Shown here piece after piece: positions 13,784-27,716 of a stretch of DNA of 64,000 nucleotides; position 1 is the stretch's first letter; every line of letters starts with the position of its first letter. This stretch comes from Lytechinus pictus (lineage: Eukaryota), in contig NC_087251.1 in assembly GCF_037042905.1 (NCBI RefSeq), positions 19,034,001 through 19,098,000 on the forward strand, given 5' to 3'. Position numbers and translations under genes: made by a program. Below the pieces are notes generated by a model that saw nothing but the letters and a program-made list of their open reading frames with translations, was not told where the DNA came from and made no database searches.

Positions 13784-14500
13784 GTAAGCATGGGTTTTAC
13801 CATGGGGAGGTGGAGGGTGATCTCTTGGGGTTTATGACTATTGCAACTTTACGATACAGAACGGGAAGTCACGACGGCGACCAATCGAGCATGCACACCA
13901 CATCTTATAAACGCAATGTTAAATATGAAGTTTTCCATCTTCGCAACATTCACATGGTTCCATCACATATTTTGTCTGTAATGTAATAAAACGTTTGAGA
14001 AAGTAACATTACTGCATGTGCAGAATGGATTTCCATTGTTACCCACAATTCTTCGAGATGCAGCCAAGACAGTTCTATCCCGGAGACAAGTCTGGTAAAG
14101 TCCCTTTGTTCCAGCGATGAGAACAGCTCACTGTTTCGCAAAGTTCGTATCTACAATGTATAACTGGCCCATTTTAAGACTCCCACGGTAATATCTTTTA
14201 CATCTAAATCTGGAACAGCAGTATTCAATTTAATGGCACATCTTGCTGTACTTTTATCCGACGCATATTGCTCGAATTCAGTCAGAACAGCTGACAATAC
14301 AACATGTCGATGATATCCCAAATAGTTCGTCACTAACTGATACTTTTTAATGTCTTCATTGTGATGTCGAGAAAGCATTTGATTATATTTAATTATTCTT
14401 AAGGTCATCACATTCATGAAAAATAATCCTCAAAAATCTTGTTTTTAATCATCGATAATGTGGTAGCACTGGATTTATCTCCTTCATCTCATACATGCAG

Positions 14501-14636
14501 ATGCCAGCAGCGGGCCGAGGGGTCACCAGAAGGCTTCAGCGAATCTTGATGGATGAAAGAGCTTTCTCTGTTTCTACGCCGTTTGACCACCGCATTCTAC
14601 AAGAAATGAAAGAAAACATGGCGTATGTCTGCAAAG
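14501..14636 (+). CDS. Actin-like domain exon 4 (MPAAGRGVTRRLQRIL...MKENMAYV)
   Basis: Matches actin LAGRDLTDYLMKIL / IKEKLCYV; phase 0-1. Confidence 0.9.
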
Positions 14637-15103
14637 GTAAGAATGCTTCTTTAATCAAGTTGTATTCATCGTCGGACTGTAGATCTCGTGGAAATGAATT
14701 TTAGACTTCACCAAATTCACATGGTCTTTTCATTCTCCACATAGGTGTTCAATTGGGCTTCTGCTATAGGATTGAAATCTTTACTCAGTGTAATGACCGC
14801 CATGGCACCTGGCGGATTTAAGGAGCAAATTTTAAGCGTTGCAAAGATTCTCTCTTCAGCTTTAGCACGCCCTGGCAATGGAAGTGTGATATGATTAGAC
14901 GTAATATGAACATCAACACCACCTCGAATTATTTTACATTTTTACATAATAGACAATCTTTATTCTTGGTTACCCACGAAATTTTACCACTTCATTGAGT
15001 CACCATTTGTCATATCTACGGACATTGAATATCTAAATTTGTGAATGCAGATTTATACCTGATAAACCTTTTTATCTTTCCGCTGTTTCTTGAATCTGGT
15101 CAG

Positions 15104-15287
15104 ATTATGAGAGTGAGATGTCACATTCAGATTTGACTACACCAATCAAATACTCTCTACCTGATGGCTCATCAGTCATGCTCCGGAAGCGAGATCTCTT
15201 CCATTGTTCGGAAACCATCTTTAGACCTGACATAGTTGGACTACCTCAGAAGGGACTGGTTCAAGTCCTCAGTGACTGCCTTGAAAA
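15104..15287 (+). CDS. Actin-like domain exon 5 (DYESEM...KYSLPDG...CSETIFRP)
   Basis: Translated by hand; matches actin DFEQEM / YELPDG / CPEALFQP; phase 1-2. Confidence 0.9.
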
Positions 15288-16019
15288 GTAAGCAATTTTC
15301 GGGGCTGAAGTAGCAGTGTATTTGACGGCACTGCCATTATTACGCCTATTTGTATAGATAGAAAACCAGAAGAGGAATGATAATTTCGTGTCAAATAAAA
15401 ATATTTCATGATTCTTTGATAATATTGTCATTCTGAGTAAAAAAGTTGATTAGTCGGAATAACAATGACCCGACTTTTGCTATTACTTTGATTACTGCTG
15501 ATCCTTTTCCTCGCTCGATAAGGCAATATAGAGACAGTTTTTAACTTGGTCAGTCTTACTCGGCAAAGTAATGTGGGTCAATCGTTCGGAGGCCAGAAAC
15601 AAATATCTGAGTCTGACATATACGAAAAAAGGTCATCAAAGTTCCCGGGACGGCTGCCAAGAGTGCCCTCTCGTTGTCCTCTAAGGCAAGGTCCATTGGA
15701 TCTGTCACTGGTGTGTAGCAACCAGAGCGATGTCGATCGAGTCAGAATAACGCTAATCTTGACAGATGATTATGTACAAAATATTTAAGATGAGAACAAG
15801 AGTGTCATCGATCGCAACTCTCAAAATAAATATAACCAGATTACCTTGGCGAGCTTGACCAACCAAGCCAAACTTGATTTGCATATAACTTCGATAGATT
15901 TGAAAGAATGGCAGCAAAGGGAGGGGAGTGTTAAGGTTATTCATTATGTATTTTATTATTTCTTTAATTGACATTATATGAGATTCTGATCTTACATTAA
16001 TCCCTTATCTGTCGATCAG

Positions 16020-16287
16020 GTGCAACCCAGAGTTCCTTGCTGGTCTGGATCCTACAATCCTGTTAGCCGGTGGTAATACCAAACTCCGTGGATTTACCGA
16101 ACGACTCCAACACGAACTAGACAAAGGTGACTTCAACCGGACCGCCATTGCCCCCGACAACCGCGACATCACCACCTGGATCGGTGGTGCCATCTTGGCC
16201 TCGCACTCGAGCTTCGCTGACAGGCTGATCACTAGTGAAGACTTCGAAGAGTTCGGGACCAGTTTAGTCCACAAACAGACTATCTGA
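16020..16287 (+). CDS. Actin-like domain terminal exon (ILLAGGNTKLRGFTERLQHEL...WIGGAILAS...VHKQTI*)
   Basis: Matches actin LSGGTTMYPGIADRMQKEI / WIGGSILAS; TGA ends at 16287. Confidence 0.9.
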
Positions 16288-17092
16288 AGTCGAGGGCTCT
16301 GTGACCAAGGTGTCGAGTGTAGACAAACTATCTGGAAGATAAAATGACCGTGATGGTCGTAGCATCAGCTGACGCCATCATCAGTCTAGTATCCAGGAAA
16401 GAGATAGGCTTTTGCCTTGCTTGTACGGGCGGGTAGATACGTTCGGGGACGACAATCTCCCTTCCTGAGGTTTCTGTCGTTCGTTGAGGCAGGTAGCTTG
16501 AAACCATTGTGCCGTTTTTCTTGACTAAACGTATATCTATATCCAACATGGTAAAAGCAAACAATTCGCTTGAAATTTAGCAAACATCTACTGAAAGATA
16601 ACAAATCAAATTACGTCCGTTTGTCTTGGAAGAATCCACAATCATGATTTAATCAGAATGAAATCCTTAACATGAATAAATCTTATTTTTTTTATCCTTA
16701 CCTTTCTTTGAATATGAATTGGTAAGATAAAAGTAGTTCTTTTCTATCCCTGTTTTCTATACCTATACTCTGCATGTATACCTCAACAGTAAAACTCTGG
16801 GAAATCCATTACTTTTTCTAAATCAAACTCTCCCCAAACCATGAGCATCGATAGTGAGAATAGAAATGTATCGACCAAAAATAAGTCCCAAATGACATTT
16901 AAAATTAATTCGAATGAAAATGAGAGATTCAGGAAAATGTCAGTTAAAGAAGCATAGGAGCCACGGGAATGAGGGTACGTCCCCAATGATTATAGTAATC
17001 AAAATTAATGATTTAAAAACGGAGGTGGAGGGCAAAAATAATAATCTTAATTGAGAATAAACTCAGGGCATCTAAAAGTTGTCTTCCCCCCT

Positions 17093-18464
17093 CAACCGCG
17101 TAGCTAGGATTTCATTTTGGAGGGGGCGGTAAATGCACGCGAAGCGTGCCAACACTTACAGAGCGCGCTTCGCGCGCTCCCTAGGGGGTGGGTGCAGGAA
17201 GCCTTCGGTGTTTCATAAATGAAAATGAAAAGGAGCCGTCTCTCTTGTCTCTAGTACCAATATCAGCTCCAATTTAGTTGACTTTATTGTGATTTCGAAC
17301 CTTATTTATAATAATAATGGAGGACATTAAAATAATTATTATCCCGCGCAAAGCGCGGAAGCTAAAGCGTTTTATCATTTTTTTCGAAAATAAAAGGGTC
17401 CCGAGAAGAGGTTATTCTCTAAGTCATATTGAATGCTTCCCTTGGAAAGATCAGATTTGATTACAAACAATTTAGCTACAGTGCATATCTTTAACTCACA
17501 AAACAGAGGAGGAGGGTATATGCCGGGAGGAAGATATTCATCCCCACGCAGATCAATTCGAAACTCTGAAATTTCAAAGGGCGGACGTTTCATCAAATGC
17601 AGATATATCTATACCCATCGGCTCTAATTCAATAGATTTTCTAAGATTATTGAACTTCATTACAAGGAAAATAGTGCGCAAAAAGTTGAAACTCTGTGAT
17701 TTATTGAAATTATATAAAAAAGGATGATTCATAATGTCATTGACTTATCCTTAAGCGCTTCATTTTGAATGATAAAGATCGAAACTTAAGTGTCATTCAA
17801 AATTTCAAACTGAGGGCGCAAAATAGGACAGGAAATGAATGTGTAGGGAAATTACACGAAGTTTAATAGAATTTGATTTAAAAAATTGTACTTTTTTATT
17901 TTATACGACACAAATTTTATACCTTCCTCTTTTTAAATTAGGAACCTGTTTGCCCCCAAATTATGGTTGTTCAGTAATGAGCTGAAAAGCGGGAGAAGTT
18001 GCCTATATGGAGGTGACGGCAGAAATTGATTTAAAGATTTTACCCGCCCGGAGCCGACCCGACCAGAGGTTGCGCGATCAATTTGAGAAAAAAAAGATAA
18101 CTTCATACACTTCAGCCTAACCTTACTCTAATTCCATGCCCTCATGTATACATTTGAACTTGAACTGGCAAGAAACACATATAGCTGAGGTGGAAAAACA
18201 GGGTTAGAGAAAGGGTGAGGGAAACAAAGGAGAAGTGACTGCATTATTGTCATTTAACCGCGCGCAGCGCGGAAGCAAAATTCATAAATATGAATTTAGT
18301 GAAGGAGTTTCTCTTTTGAGAAAAAAAAAAGAATAAAAAGAAAAACACACAGAGCTACATTTCTTACCTTTCCTCCCTTCGCTTTTCATTTTCTCCTCTC
18401 TTTTTCCTTTTTTTTGAGGGGGGGGGGGGAGACCGCCCCCACCGCCCCCCTGGCTACGCGCCTA
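17093..18464. mobile_element. Non-autonomous hAT-type DNA transposon
   Basis: Ends caaccgcgtagctagg / cctggctacgcgccta; perfect 8-bp TSD TCCCCCCT; its 3' end recurs at ~52320-52500. Confidence 0.75.
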
Positions 18465-18559
18465 TCCCCCCTGCCCCCATATAAATATCATCTGTTGCCA
18501 CCCCTACTTGCTTTGAATACGAAAAAGTCTTTATTACCATTAATATGGAATGTTGAAAT

Positions 18560-19150
18560 TGAATTCAAGTAGCAAACGTCTACGGGTTGATGGATAGCCA
18601 TGATAGCTGAAGACCAAATAATGTGAGAATAATAATTAGCCCATGGTACACGTCCCACATCGAATTTCAATACCCCCTTTCTCTAATAATTATGGAGATT
18701 TGGCTCCACGACGCGCAACAAATCCAACAACATAGAAAATCTATTGTCAAATGTCCTTCAGAGCAAAGAGCAACCAAGAAGTCTTTATCGAAAATAGGTG
18801 AATCAAAACAGCAGTTTCGTCCCGGACTCTGGACAAACGACATATTTGCAATTTTTCGTCAGCTCCGAAGCCTAGAACGAAACTGCTGTTCCGGTTCATA
18901 AAGGTCGACAAAGACCTCCCAGACTTTCATTGCTATTTGACGGGAACTTTTAATACTGTATTCTTGAGCCCGTTGTGCGTCACAACGCCAAAACTCCCTA
19001 CTGTTGGAAGAAGCAACAGAATTCTTTAATCGCTGGTGACTCATTAATAACATTGAACGGTCACGATTGAACGTGGCAGTCTCATTTAGGAAATCTGATA
19101 GTATCGGATCTTTCAGACTTTATGATGACGATATTTCATCAATTGTTAGA
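18560..19150 (+). mobile_element. Possible decayed LINE reverse-transcriptase fragment
   Basis: QQFRPGLWTNDIFAIFRQL resembles the RT motif QxGFRxGRSTxDxIFxLRQL; heavily degenerate. Confidence 0.3.
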
Positions 19151-20594
19151 TGTAAGTGGCAAAAAAAAAATTGATATAATTTTGAATGATTATGATGATA
19201 AAGAAATCTACACGTACCCATTGTTATTATGAGTATATTTCATTTGCTATTTTGTATTTGGGCTTTTATTCATGTAGTTCTTAAAAATCATTTTATTGTA
19301 TCTTTCATATTAACCAAGATTTGTACAAATGCTTTATTTTCTTTATGCTTTCTTTAATAATTGTTTAAATTGCTCTTTCAAAAAATATCTCGGATAACTT
19401 ATTTGTTTGTTATTTTGTGTTTTGTGTTATTCATTTACTAATAACACTAATATGAAAGTGGTATATTATTTGGTATTTAAAGCATTATTCGAAAACATAA
19501 AAGTGAAAATATAAATCTATATTCATGCACCACGCACAATTTTATTGTATATATTCATTCACTTCTCTTTATTTTGAGTTCACAGATTAAGTTTAAAGGA
19601 GAATGCTGCTTCCATGTTATTGAGGAAACCATCGAAAACACATATACTTATACTATCTATGCAAAAGCTATCAAAGTATTTTTTCTAAATGTAAAAAAAA
19701 CAAAACAAGTATCTTTGTAACGAAGTTGATTGTGATCAGATAGTGTTCTTGAAACGTCATTATTCAATTTAAAGAGTGGATGAATAAATAACATTTCGTA
19801 ATTTGGGACGGATAAGTATAAAATGATGTGATATTTGTGTGCCTTACCATGAAATAAAGACGTCAGCCAAAGAATCGGAAATAACTAACCAATGAGAGAA
19901 GTTCTGATGAGATATGAGAAGTTTTATAGCCAATCATCGAAATCTACCTTCCAAGTAAATATAACAAGTGAAGTGAGCTGGTACGCTGCTTGATTGTTTA
20001 AGGTTTGATGTTAAAAAGAAGATGGGCTGCGCTGAAATGAATAGTTCAATTTTCACCAGTTTGTACAAAGAAGATTATCGTAGATGTAAATGATTATACC
20101 TATATTGAAGGAAAATATGCGGTGACCAATTATAAGGTTATATTGAGCCAATAAATTAGAGTCTTGTATAGAAACTGCCACGCATTTATTATTTTTGATA
20201 ACAGTAACGCGTTTTAATATCGCGTGTAAGAAAAGTGCATCTATCAGCCTAATCGATATTGTGGAAAATGTCTACTCTTTATTATCTTGCTTTTGAATTA
20301 TCTTTGGTGATTAATATTGTTTGAAATGTTTGTGCACTAGTAGGAAGACTCAGAATTCAGTAGATGCGTTACATAATGCTGACTGGTGTATTGCGTTGAA
20401 TTGTAAATTCTGGAGTGTTTTGGACATTAAAAGCAAATTTTAAATAATTCGAAGATTTTGTTTGTTTGCTTGCTGGTCTAATCTCATAAAATTCAAGAGG
20501 CTTTTGAAATTATGAAATATACTCAACTATCTATGCCATAACTGAAATTATGCTCATGTTTATTATCAGTAAATGTACGGTATTCGATTGGCAC

Positions 20595-21520
20595 ATGATG
20601 ATAATGATGGTGACGATGATGGTTATGATGANNNNNNNNNNNNNNNNNNNNNNNNNNNNNNNNNNNNNNNNNNNNNNNNNNNNNNNNNNNNNNNNNNNNN
20701 NNNNNNNNNNNNNNNNNNNNNNNNNNNNNNNNNNNNNNNNNNNNNNNNNNNNNNNNNNNNNNNNNNNTGATCATGAAGTNNNNNNNNNNNNNNNNNNNNN
20801 NNNNNNNNNNNNNNNNNNNNNNNNNNNNNNNNNNNNNNNNNNNNNNNNNNNNNNNNNNNNNNNNNNNNNNNNNNNNNNNNNNNNNNNNNNNNNNNNNNNN
20901 NNNNNNNNNNNNNNNNNNNNTGATCATGAAGTGACGATGATGATGAAGTGATGATGGTGATGATGATGGTGATGATGATGGTTATGATGATGTTGATGAT
21001 GAAGTAACGATGATGATGAAGTGATGATGATGACGATGTTTATGATGATGTTGTTGATGATGATGAAGTGATGATGATGATGTTGTTGTTGATGGTGATG
21101 ATGGAGGGGATGAGGATGATGATAATGATGATGAAGTGATGATGGTGATGTTGAAGTAACGATGATGATGGTTTTGATGTTGTTGATGATGAAGTGACGA
21201 TGATGATGAAGTGATGATGGTGATGATGATGGTTTTGATGATGTTGATGATGAAGTGACGATGATGATGAAGTGATGATGATGTTGTTGATGATGGTGAT
21301 GATGGTTATGATGATGTTGATGATGATGAAGTAACGATGATGATGAAGTGATGATGATGATGTTGTTGTTGATGATGATGGTGATGATGGAGGGGATGAG
21401 GATGATGATAATGATGATGAAGTGATGATGATGGTAATGATGATGGAGGGGATGAGGATAATGGTGATGATGAAGATGGAGATGATAATTATTTGTAGTA
21501 GTATGATAATGATGATGTTG
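20595..21520. repeat. Compound (GAT)n microsatellite with higher-order blocks, partly N-masked
   Basis: Direct reading. Confidence 0.95.
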
Positions 21521-23308
21521 GCCACTGTGGCATATGTCCAAAATTTGGAGGGTATTGCAATTTTGTTGGTACAATAAACGAGTGCTCCAAAGTTATAATT
21601 TAAGAATATAGTTTTGCAATATATTTGATACATTATGCAGTTTGTCCTCTTCTTAGAAAAGGAAATATCATCATTAAAATAACAGAGTAGTGGGTTCGTT
21701 GATCACTTAGGCCTACTGGAATATGATAGGCCTCCACTTATTCATTTTTCAAATACTCTTAAAAAGACTCTCACAAGTGGATGGATATCATAATGTAAAG
21801 TATAATAACGATCATGGAGTTGGTGGTGATTACAGTTGTTGTTGTGTTGGTGATGATGGTGATTATGAGTGTTGATTATATTTTTGAATTTCCAGGCCAA
21901 AATCGGGAGTATATAGCATTGATGTTAACTTTCTTTTCTTTCAAATTCCATTCCATGCACTCGGTGATATCTCTGCTTTATATTCCTTTTTCTTGCTTAA
22001 AAATTCACGCAGTTTTCATAAGAATGAACGGTATTTTCTTTTTAATTAATGAACAATGCCCTTCTTTTTCTTTTTATCATTTAATTTCGTTCATAGCAAA
22101 CAAATTAGCACAATGTGCATTATAATTATGAATAAATTATGTAAATTTGAATAAAACTAAATTTGCCAGCAATAAAATTGTAAATATCTACATTCTATAC
22201 ATTAAAAACAAAACTCAAAATTAAGAAGTAAACACAATAGAATATGCTTAAATGATAGTTTATATCACAGACTTTATTCAACATGCAATACAATTGCAAC
22301 AATCAGATACACATTTTGATGTGTAAATAAACCCACCTGTAAATTACAGTAATATAAGCTGCACATAATATCATGCAAGGCACTTAGAAATTGAGGCATC
22401 TTAAACATCACTTAGTATTCAACAACTCTGAAGTTTCAGTAACCCTAGGTACTGACAGTCTATATATATTCTTTAAAAAAGAAAATAAGGAGAGGCCTCT
22501 ATACAAAATACTCTATGATAAATTCATGTCAAGTGGATCACAATACATACATATGACCACTATGTACAGGTAGACATTATGTAGAAATCTTTATGAAGAT
22601 CACATACCGGTAAGGGACTTTTCAAATATTCCATATTGGATTTAAAAGAAGTACATATATACAGAATATATTTGAGTATATAATAAAACGATCCCTCTTA
22701 GATAAAGTTTTAGTACAATATACCACATAATTTCATCACTTTGGTTCAATCATACGCTAGGTAAACAATGATTTTAAACATCTTTTTTTTTTGGGGGGGG
22801 GGGGGGTGGAGGGCTGGTACAATTTTGGTTAGTGTTCTTAAAAAAAAAATCAAAATCACAAAATGATATTTGAAAACTAATACAATTAGCTAAAAATAAA
22901 GTGTTTTGAGAGCAAAACATTGCCTACCACAGAAGGCATTCATTGAAAGCTTAATATGAAGAGTAAATTACATGTAACATGTTCAACAAAAACAGACCGG
23001 AGATAGAACCTTCACTGTTGCATCCTCAATGGAATGGAACAAACCCCCTCTCACATTAAGACAATCCCCAACAGTTGAATAATTTAAGAAGACCCTAAAA
23101 ACTTTTTTTGTTTTTTTGTTCTAGGCAACTGCCTTCATTTTATATGTATGTCATTCTGTATTTGTTTTTGTATGAATTAGGTAAACTGAAATTATAACCA
23201 CTTTGGGCAATTTGGGAAACGCAGGTTATAAATATTGGATATTATTATCATTAATTAAGAATTCTAAAAAAGAAAATAGGTAATATTGAACATACTGTGT
23301 AACATTAA

Positions 23309-23920
23309 AGGTCTGACATTCAAAGTTTAAAACAAAAGAATCAGGCTGAAGATATTTATGTCTCAATATTAAAATAGGAGTATAATTCAGAGCAAAATGT
23401 TGAAAATTTGATCAAAATCAGACTATAAATAACAGAGTTATTGAATTTTAAAGATTTGCATTATTCAAGTAACAGTTCGAGGCATGTCTTCATGATTATT
23501 TATTAGGTGGGCTGATGATGTCATATCCCCACTATTTCTTTTGTATTTCATTATATGAAATTAGCTTTATTCAAATTTTTTCTCCTAAGAACTTGACAAT
23601 TGGATTGACAACTGATTAAGTGCATTAGTTATTTATTGCTGCAACTTATTTCATCATAATGGAGACACATTCATGAAAAAAATGAAACAATCATGATTTC
23701 ATGAAAAACAATAAGGGAAAGTGGGGATGTGACATCATCAGCCCACCTAATGAATATTCATGAAGACATGCCTAGAACTGTTTCTCTTGAATAATGCTAT
23801 TTTTTTTAATTCGATAACTTTGTTATTTGTTATCCGATTTTGATGAAATTTTCAGCATTTTGCTCTGAGAATTTTACTCTATTTATTTAGATATAAATAT
23901 CTTCAGCCCAGAGCATCCCT
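23309..23920. mobile_element. Foldback MITE with long imperfect TIRs (TTAA-flanked family)
   Basis: ggctgaagatatttat...ataaatatcttcagcc with further mirrored blocks; right end ccct|ttaa; left end uncertain. Confidence 0.65.
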
Positions 23921-26278
23921 TTAAATTCGCTCTTAACTTACGAACAGCTTTATGAAATGGCCCCCAATTCTTTTTTTTTTTTAATAAGACCTTTGTAACG
24001 TTAGCCCATGCCTTTCATAATATAAGACTGATAATACTGTAGATTACATATGAATGAAAAATTTCATAAAATTAATGTATAAAGGTTTGCAATATTCACT
24101 CTACAGTCTCAATGGCTATTCAAAATATGATTGTCACAATAAAGAACATTGCAAGCCAGGTAGCAGTAGTAGCAGTATATATGATTGAAAGGCACTAGAA
24201 CGACACACATTGGGATCAATTACTCATAGGACGGACATATCACCTCTGTCTGCCTGTTGTACTGCCTCTTTGGTGTGACTATTTAGCTTCTTCTTTTATG
24301 ATATTTCATCATCTCTCCTATATCTTGTGAAAATAAATTTCCATTTCTCATTCAAGTAAGGGGCATCATACATGGATATAATGCACATATAAGTGGCATA
24401 TTAAATTCAATTTCCGCAACCTCCTTACATTTGAAAAAAATAGTAAAGAAATCATAAAATTACCTCATTATGTTGTGTAATATTGCACAGAATCAAGAAA
24501 ATTGTGTATATTTACCATTCCAATAATAAAACTATAAAACTATAATAAAACTTGCAAAAAGGTAAAAAAAGAAGTGAATACTCTGTGTATAGATAGGAAC
24601 AACAATTACTTGACTGATGTCAATTTACATAATTCATGTATTTCAAATGAATGGCACTACAATTGATAGCTATGCATGAATATGAGGATGGCACTGAGAA
24701 ATCTGAACATTAAGCTTCAATGCATAAATGATAGGTTTCCCAATTACGCTATAGTACCAACCAACAATGAACACATTGTTGAAATAAAAAATAAGAATTA
24801 CTGATGTTTCAGACAATACTCAATCACATTTCCATACCAGTGAAGGAAGGTGTGATACATTTATGTATGATACTGCATGCTAATTTTAAAGATAATTGTG
24901 GTAATGATTGAAAAATGAGTTTGAACAGAATCCAATAAAATGACCACCCAAGTGTTTGTATGCATAAATAAAAAAGCAAATGCCAAATGGCTCTGGAAGA
25001 AATGCGTAGTTGCTGAGAAATTAGCAAAATAAGCATAGAATTCCATCAAATGTCGGGTATTTTTTCAAGCAATATTAATACACTGTCCCACATATGCTTT
25101 TCTATGTAAGTGATCATCAGAATTGTTTTTTAGCAAAGATTTAATGATTTCTCAAAGATAAGTTTACATAAATGTACCAGATCTAAATATATGATAATAT
25201 AGTGACAATTAACCTTGATGTAAATTAAAAGACTTTCCCATGAAATAATTGTTTACGGCAACTACTTTCTTTGACCTTTAATATCAGCATTGAAACTTCT
25301 TTAAAAAAAGTTTCAGATTACAGTTACATGATACAACTCTTACCAACTTATAAAAAAATAGGAATTGCAGATGTTTCAGAAAATATAATTGCATCACACT
25401 GATATAAAACCAGGGAAGGAAAGCCATAAAAGCAAGATATCATACTCATCACCGTTCATGAGAAAGGGTCATGCAATAAAAACACAATATAGTACACCAC
25501 ATATTTTTAAATATATCACAAGTTATATAGTTTTGAGTTAAACAGAATGATTCACAAATTCAATAATTCCTGTACTGGTATGGAGCAGGGACAATGTTAG
25601 GTGTGCATAACTGGTTTTAACCCCCCCCCCAAAAAAAAAAAAGCAAGTGTGATAAAAATCTATTGGCTTTATAACATTCATGTGATTATATCTATTTTTA
25701 ACCGTTTTAAAAATGTTGACCTCATGAGATATTTTTTGAGACAATGATGTGGCTCATTAGTCAGTGAGTAGTCTAAGTTTGAAATTTGTCATAGTCCCCA
25801 TTGAACAGGGTTGGCTGGGTTCGCCCCTCCCTCAACTTTGCTCTTATGACAACAAATCCTGACTAGTAATTACATGAGGGAGATGTTGTCATGAAATCAA
25901 GGCATCACAAATAAAATGGTTAAGAGATGGTCTGACACATCCCGTTGATCACCCAAACAAATGTCATGATAGAAAAGTATAATACTAATAATATAATACT
26001 AACTAAAGATATACAATATAATAATCTTTACAATGCACTTCTAAGATAAATACTTTGGCTTCTTGGAACTAGTACAGGTATAATTGATAGGCAAAGGAGA
26101 CGGAACACAACCATAAAGTCAAACAAACATTGGCAGTAATTGAGGTGCACAAGTACCTGAACGACACTATTATACAAAACTGTTGAATAATTGATGTACT
26201 AGACCTTAGACAAGAAACAAAAGCACCAAAGTAGTACCTATAGAAAAAAGCTCATAAATATCACCTCTTCATGGTAAT

Positions 26279-26985
26279 AACAAGTGGAACGCCTTCAGCA
26301 GTCTCGCCTGCATTATGCAATTTCAATATAGCAGCAGTGGTGACTTTGAAAACGACTATAAAAAATTATTCACAAAAAACACCATTCATATGATAATAGA
26401 ATACTATGTTCATTGACTCTAAATGACATTTTAACTTGATCATGTGACCCAAGACTTATGCAAGATCATCAGTGATACCTGATTACCCCTATATCCACAT
26501 TTCAATAACTATATCCATAAACTTTCAAAGTTATGATGGCAATTCAACAAATACTCAAATATGGCCAAAGTTCATTGACCTTAAATGACCTTTGACCTTG
26601 GTCATGTGACCTGAAACTCATGCAGGATGTTCATCGATACTTGATTACTCTTGTTCAAGTTTCATGATCTAGATCCATATACTTTCAAAGTTTAGACATT
26701 TCAAAAAAATTAACCGAGGTTAAGAATTTGTTTTGATTCCCCCAACATAATCTAAGTTCATTGACTCTAATGACTTTTGACCTTGGTGATATGACCTGAA
26801 ACTCGCACGGGGCGTTCAGTGATACCTGATTACTCTTATGGACAAGGTCCATATACTTTTTTAAGTTATGGTGACATTTCAAAATCTTAACCTTAGTTAA
26901 GATTTTAATGTTGAGGTTGACGCCGCCGCCGCCGTTGGAAAAGCGGGCTTATGGTCTCACACTGCTATGCAGGCAAGACAAAAAA
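26279..26985. mobile_element. Modular repeat with internal tandem tgacctttgacc units (DINE-1/Helentron-associated-like)
   Basis: About three imperfect internal repeats (gttcattgac..tgacctttgaccttggtcatgtgacctgaaactc), a (gcc)n tract and a short 3' hairpin before an A-run; superfamily is inferred. Confidence 0.5.
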
Positions 26986-27009
26986 TTGGGTGTGGATATC
27001 CATAACTAA

Positions 27010-27716
27010 TTAATTTTCTCTATAAAAATCACCCCGCTGTCCCCCAGTTTTCTGTTCCAGTCTGACTTCTGCAATGACCATGTCATGAGTGACTGCCTTG
27101 CACATGTCATAGATGGTCAGAGCTGCTACAGAGACCGCAGTCAATGCCTCCATCTCGACTCCAGTTCGACCTATGCATTTGACCTTTGACCTGATGAGTA
27201 CGCTGAAAGATTCCTCATCCAGGTGAAGGTCAACATCCACCTTCTGTATGGGGATGTTATGACAGAGTGGGATGAGGGCGCTAGTCTGCTTGGCTGCCAT
27301 GATGCCAGCAAGCTGTGCAACCCGTAAGACATCACCCTTGGCCATCTTGTTCTCCTGGACAAGGTAGAAAGCCTCCTGTCCAAGCTGAACCTTACCTGAT
27401 GCCACCGCCTCCCGCACCGTCGTCTCCTTCCCACTCACGTCCACCATTTCTGCTTGTCCGGAGCAGTCAACGTGGGTCAGCCTCAAATCGGACCCAGACC
27501 CGTCTTTGCAGCTTGAGTCGTCAATCTTACAGGACTTTGTTGAGGAATGGATCCAGGCTCTTGAACTATGATAGGTTTTGTACGAATGGACACCATGATT
27601 GAATAAGATTGATACTGGAAGCACATGCTGATTTGCTACATTAATTGAAGAATACACGCTGTCAGGATTCCTGTGATGAAAAGTACCCAACATTCTAATC
27701 TCCATAGGAGATGAAT
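27010..27716 (-). CDS. MOCS1: MOCS1B (MoaC-like cPMP synthase) exon
   Basis: LTHVD..MVDV, KGDVL..A.LAGIMAAKQTS.LIPLCH, TGVEMEALTAVSVAALTIYDMCKAV, KTGG. Acceptor tttattacag is phase 1; the 5' boundary is less certain than the domain call. Confidence 0.92.

Noticed and set aside
20924-21633. Long His-rich and Ile-rich ORFs
   Set aside because: Translations of a (GAT/ATC)n microsatellite; no splice or domain support.
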